Virus record (IMG/VR): IMGVR_UViG_3300049207_000086
Coordinates: 1 to 36,759 of that record
Length of the DNA: 36,759 nucleotides
Direction: 5' to 3' (one strand)
Source of the DNA: a virus
Lineage: Duplodnaviria; Caudoviricetes
Made by a program: the position numbers and the translations under genes. The first letter of the stretch is position 1. Every line of letters starts with the position of its first letter. Positions 36,351-36,759 of the stretch are shown here, one piece after another. A model generated the notes under the pieces. It saw only the letters and a program-made list of their open reading frames with translations. It was not told the DNA's origin and made no database searches.

Positions 36351-36759
36351 ATGAGCTTTTCAATTCTAGGCCCTATTGCCGAGGGTGGCCTGAAGCTGCC
36401 CTTGTGTTCGTTTCGAGTGCCCGCTGGGTTTCCATCTCCGGCGGCGGACCACATCGAAGCGCACATCTCATTGGATGAGGTTCTGAACATTCGCGCCCCG
36501 CATGTCTACTTGGTCTCAATCGCTGGGGAGAGCATGCAAGGCGCTGGTATTTTTGAAGGCGATCTCGCGGTGGTGGACCGCGCTTTGGAGCCTGCGCACG
36601 GTCACATCGTCGTAGCGCTGCTGAACAACGAGCCCGTATGCAAGCGGCTTTGCATTCGAGGCAGGGAGGTGATTCTCCTTTCGGAGAACCCAAAGTATCC
36701 ACCGAGGTACGTGCTTGAGGGCGACGAGCTGGTGATCTGGGGTGTCATTACATGCAGCG
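36351..36759 (+). CDS. umuD: UmuD/RulA-like S24 peptidase, 3'-truncated by the window edge
   Basis: MSFSILG...VPAGFPSPAADHIE..ISLD...GESMQGAGI..GD..VVDR...VCKRL...SENP.YP...IWGV; missing from the ORF track because there is no stop in the window. Confidence 0.9.
   Translation, partial: MSFSILGPIAEGGLKLPLCSFRVPAGFPSPAADHIEAHISLDEVLNIRAPHVYLVSIAGESMQGAGIFEGDLAVVDRALEPAHGHIVVALLNNEPVCKRLCIRGREVILLSENPKYPPRYVLEGDELVIWGVITCS

Overview
Pseudomonas chromosomal window (fluorescens-complex-like REP elements). Bases 1-~2580 are host genes: partial rssC-type STAS anti-anti-sigma factor, a REP doublet, transaldolase and dusA. The rest is a nearly complete P2-like (phiCTX-type) myovirus prophage inserted in the 5' end of dusA by a DusA-associated tyrosine integrase; its right end, attR and cos are not in the window. 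Order: int, PrtN-like gene, small early genes, zinc-finger/TOPRIM/P-loop primase-helicase (no P2 gpA), ogr, YmfL-like gene, a Cox/Ner-like and repressor switch, the tail, lysis and head operons on the minus strand, then terminase and portal on the plus strand, and a LexA-boxed SRAP/umuD pair. Accessory cargo sits in four slots: (i) after the repressor, a DUF2511-like secreted protein, an unannotated 52-aa copy of the repressor C-terminal domain and an AT-rich coiled-coil/2-TM protein; (ii) between S and V, an RHH-ParE toxin-antitoxin pair; (iii) inside the lysis cassette, a 160-aa stand-alone terminase-ATPase-like protein plus a 68-aa partner; (iv) after the portal gene, a DUF2971 protein. The tape-measure gene carries a 1-bp frameshift near its 3' end. 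The best candidates for an undescribed system are the mini-terminase ATPase in the lysis cassette and the repressor-CTD mimic. All family calls come from motif recognition by eye; no database searches were run.
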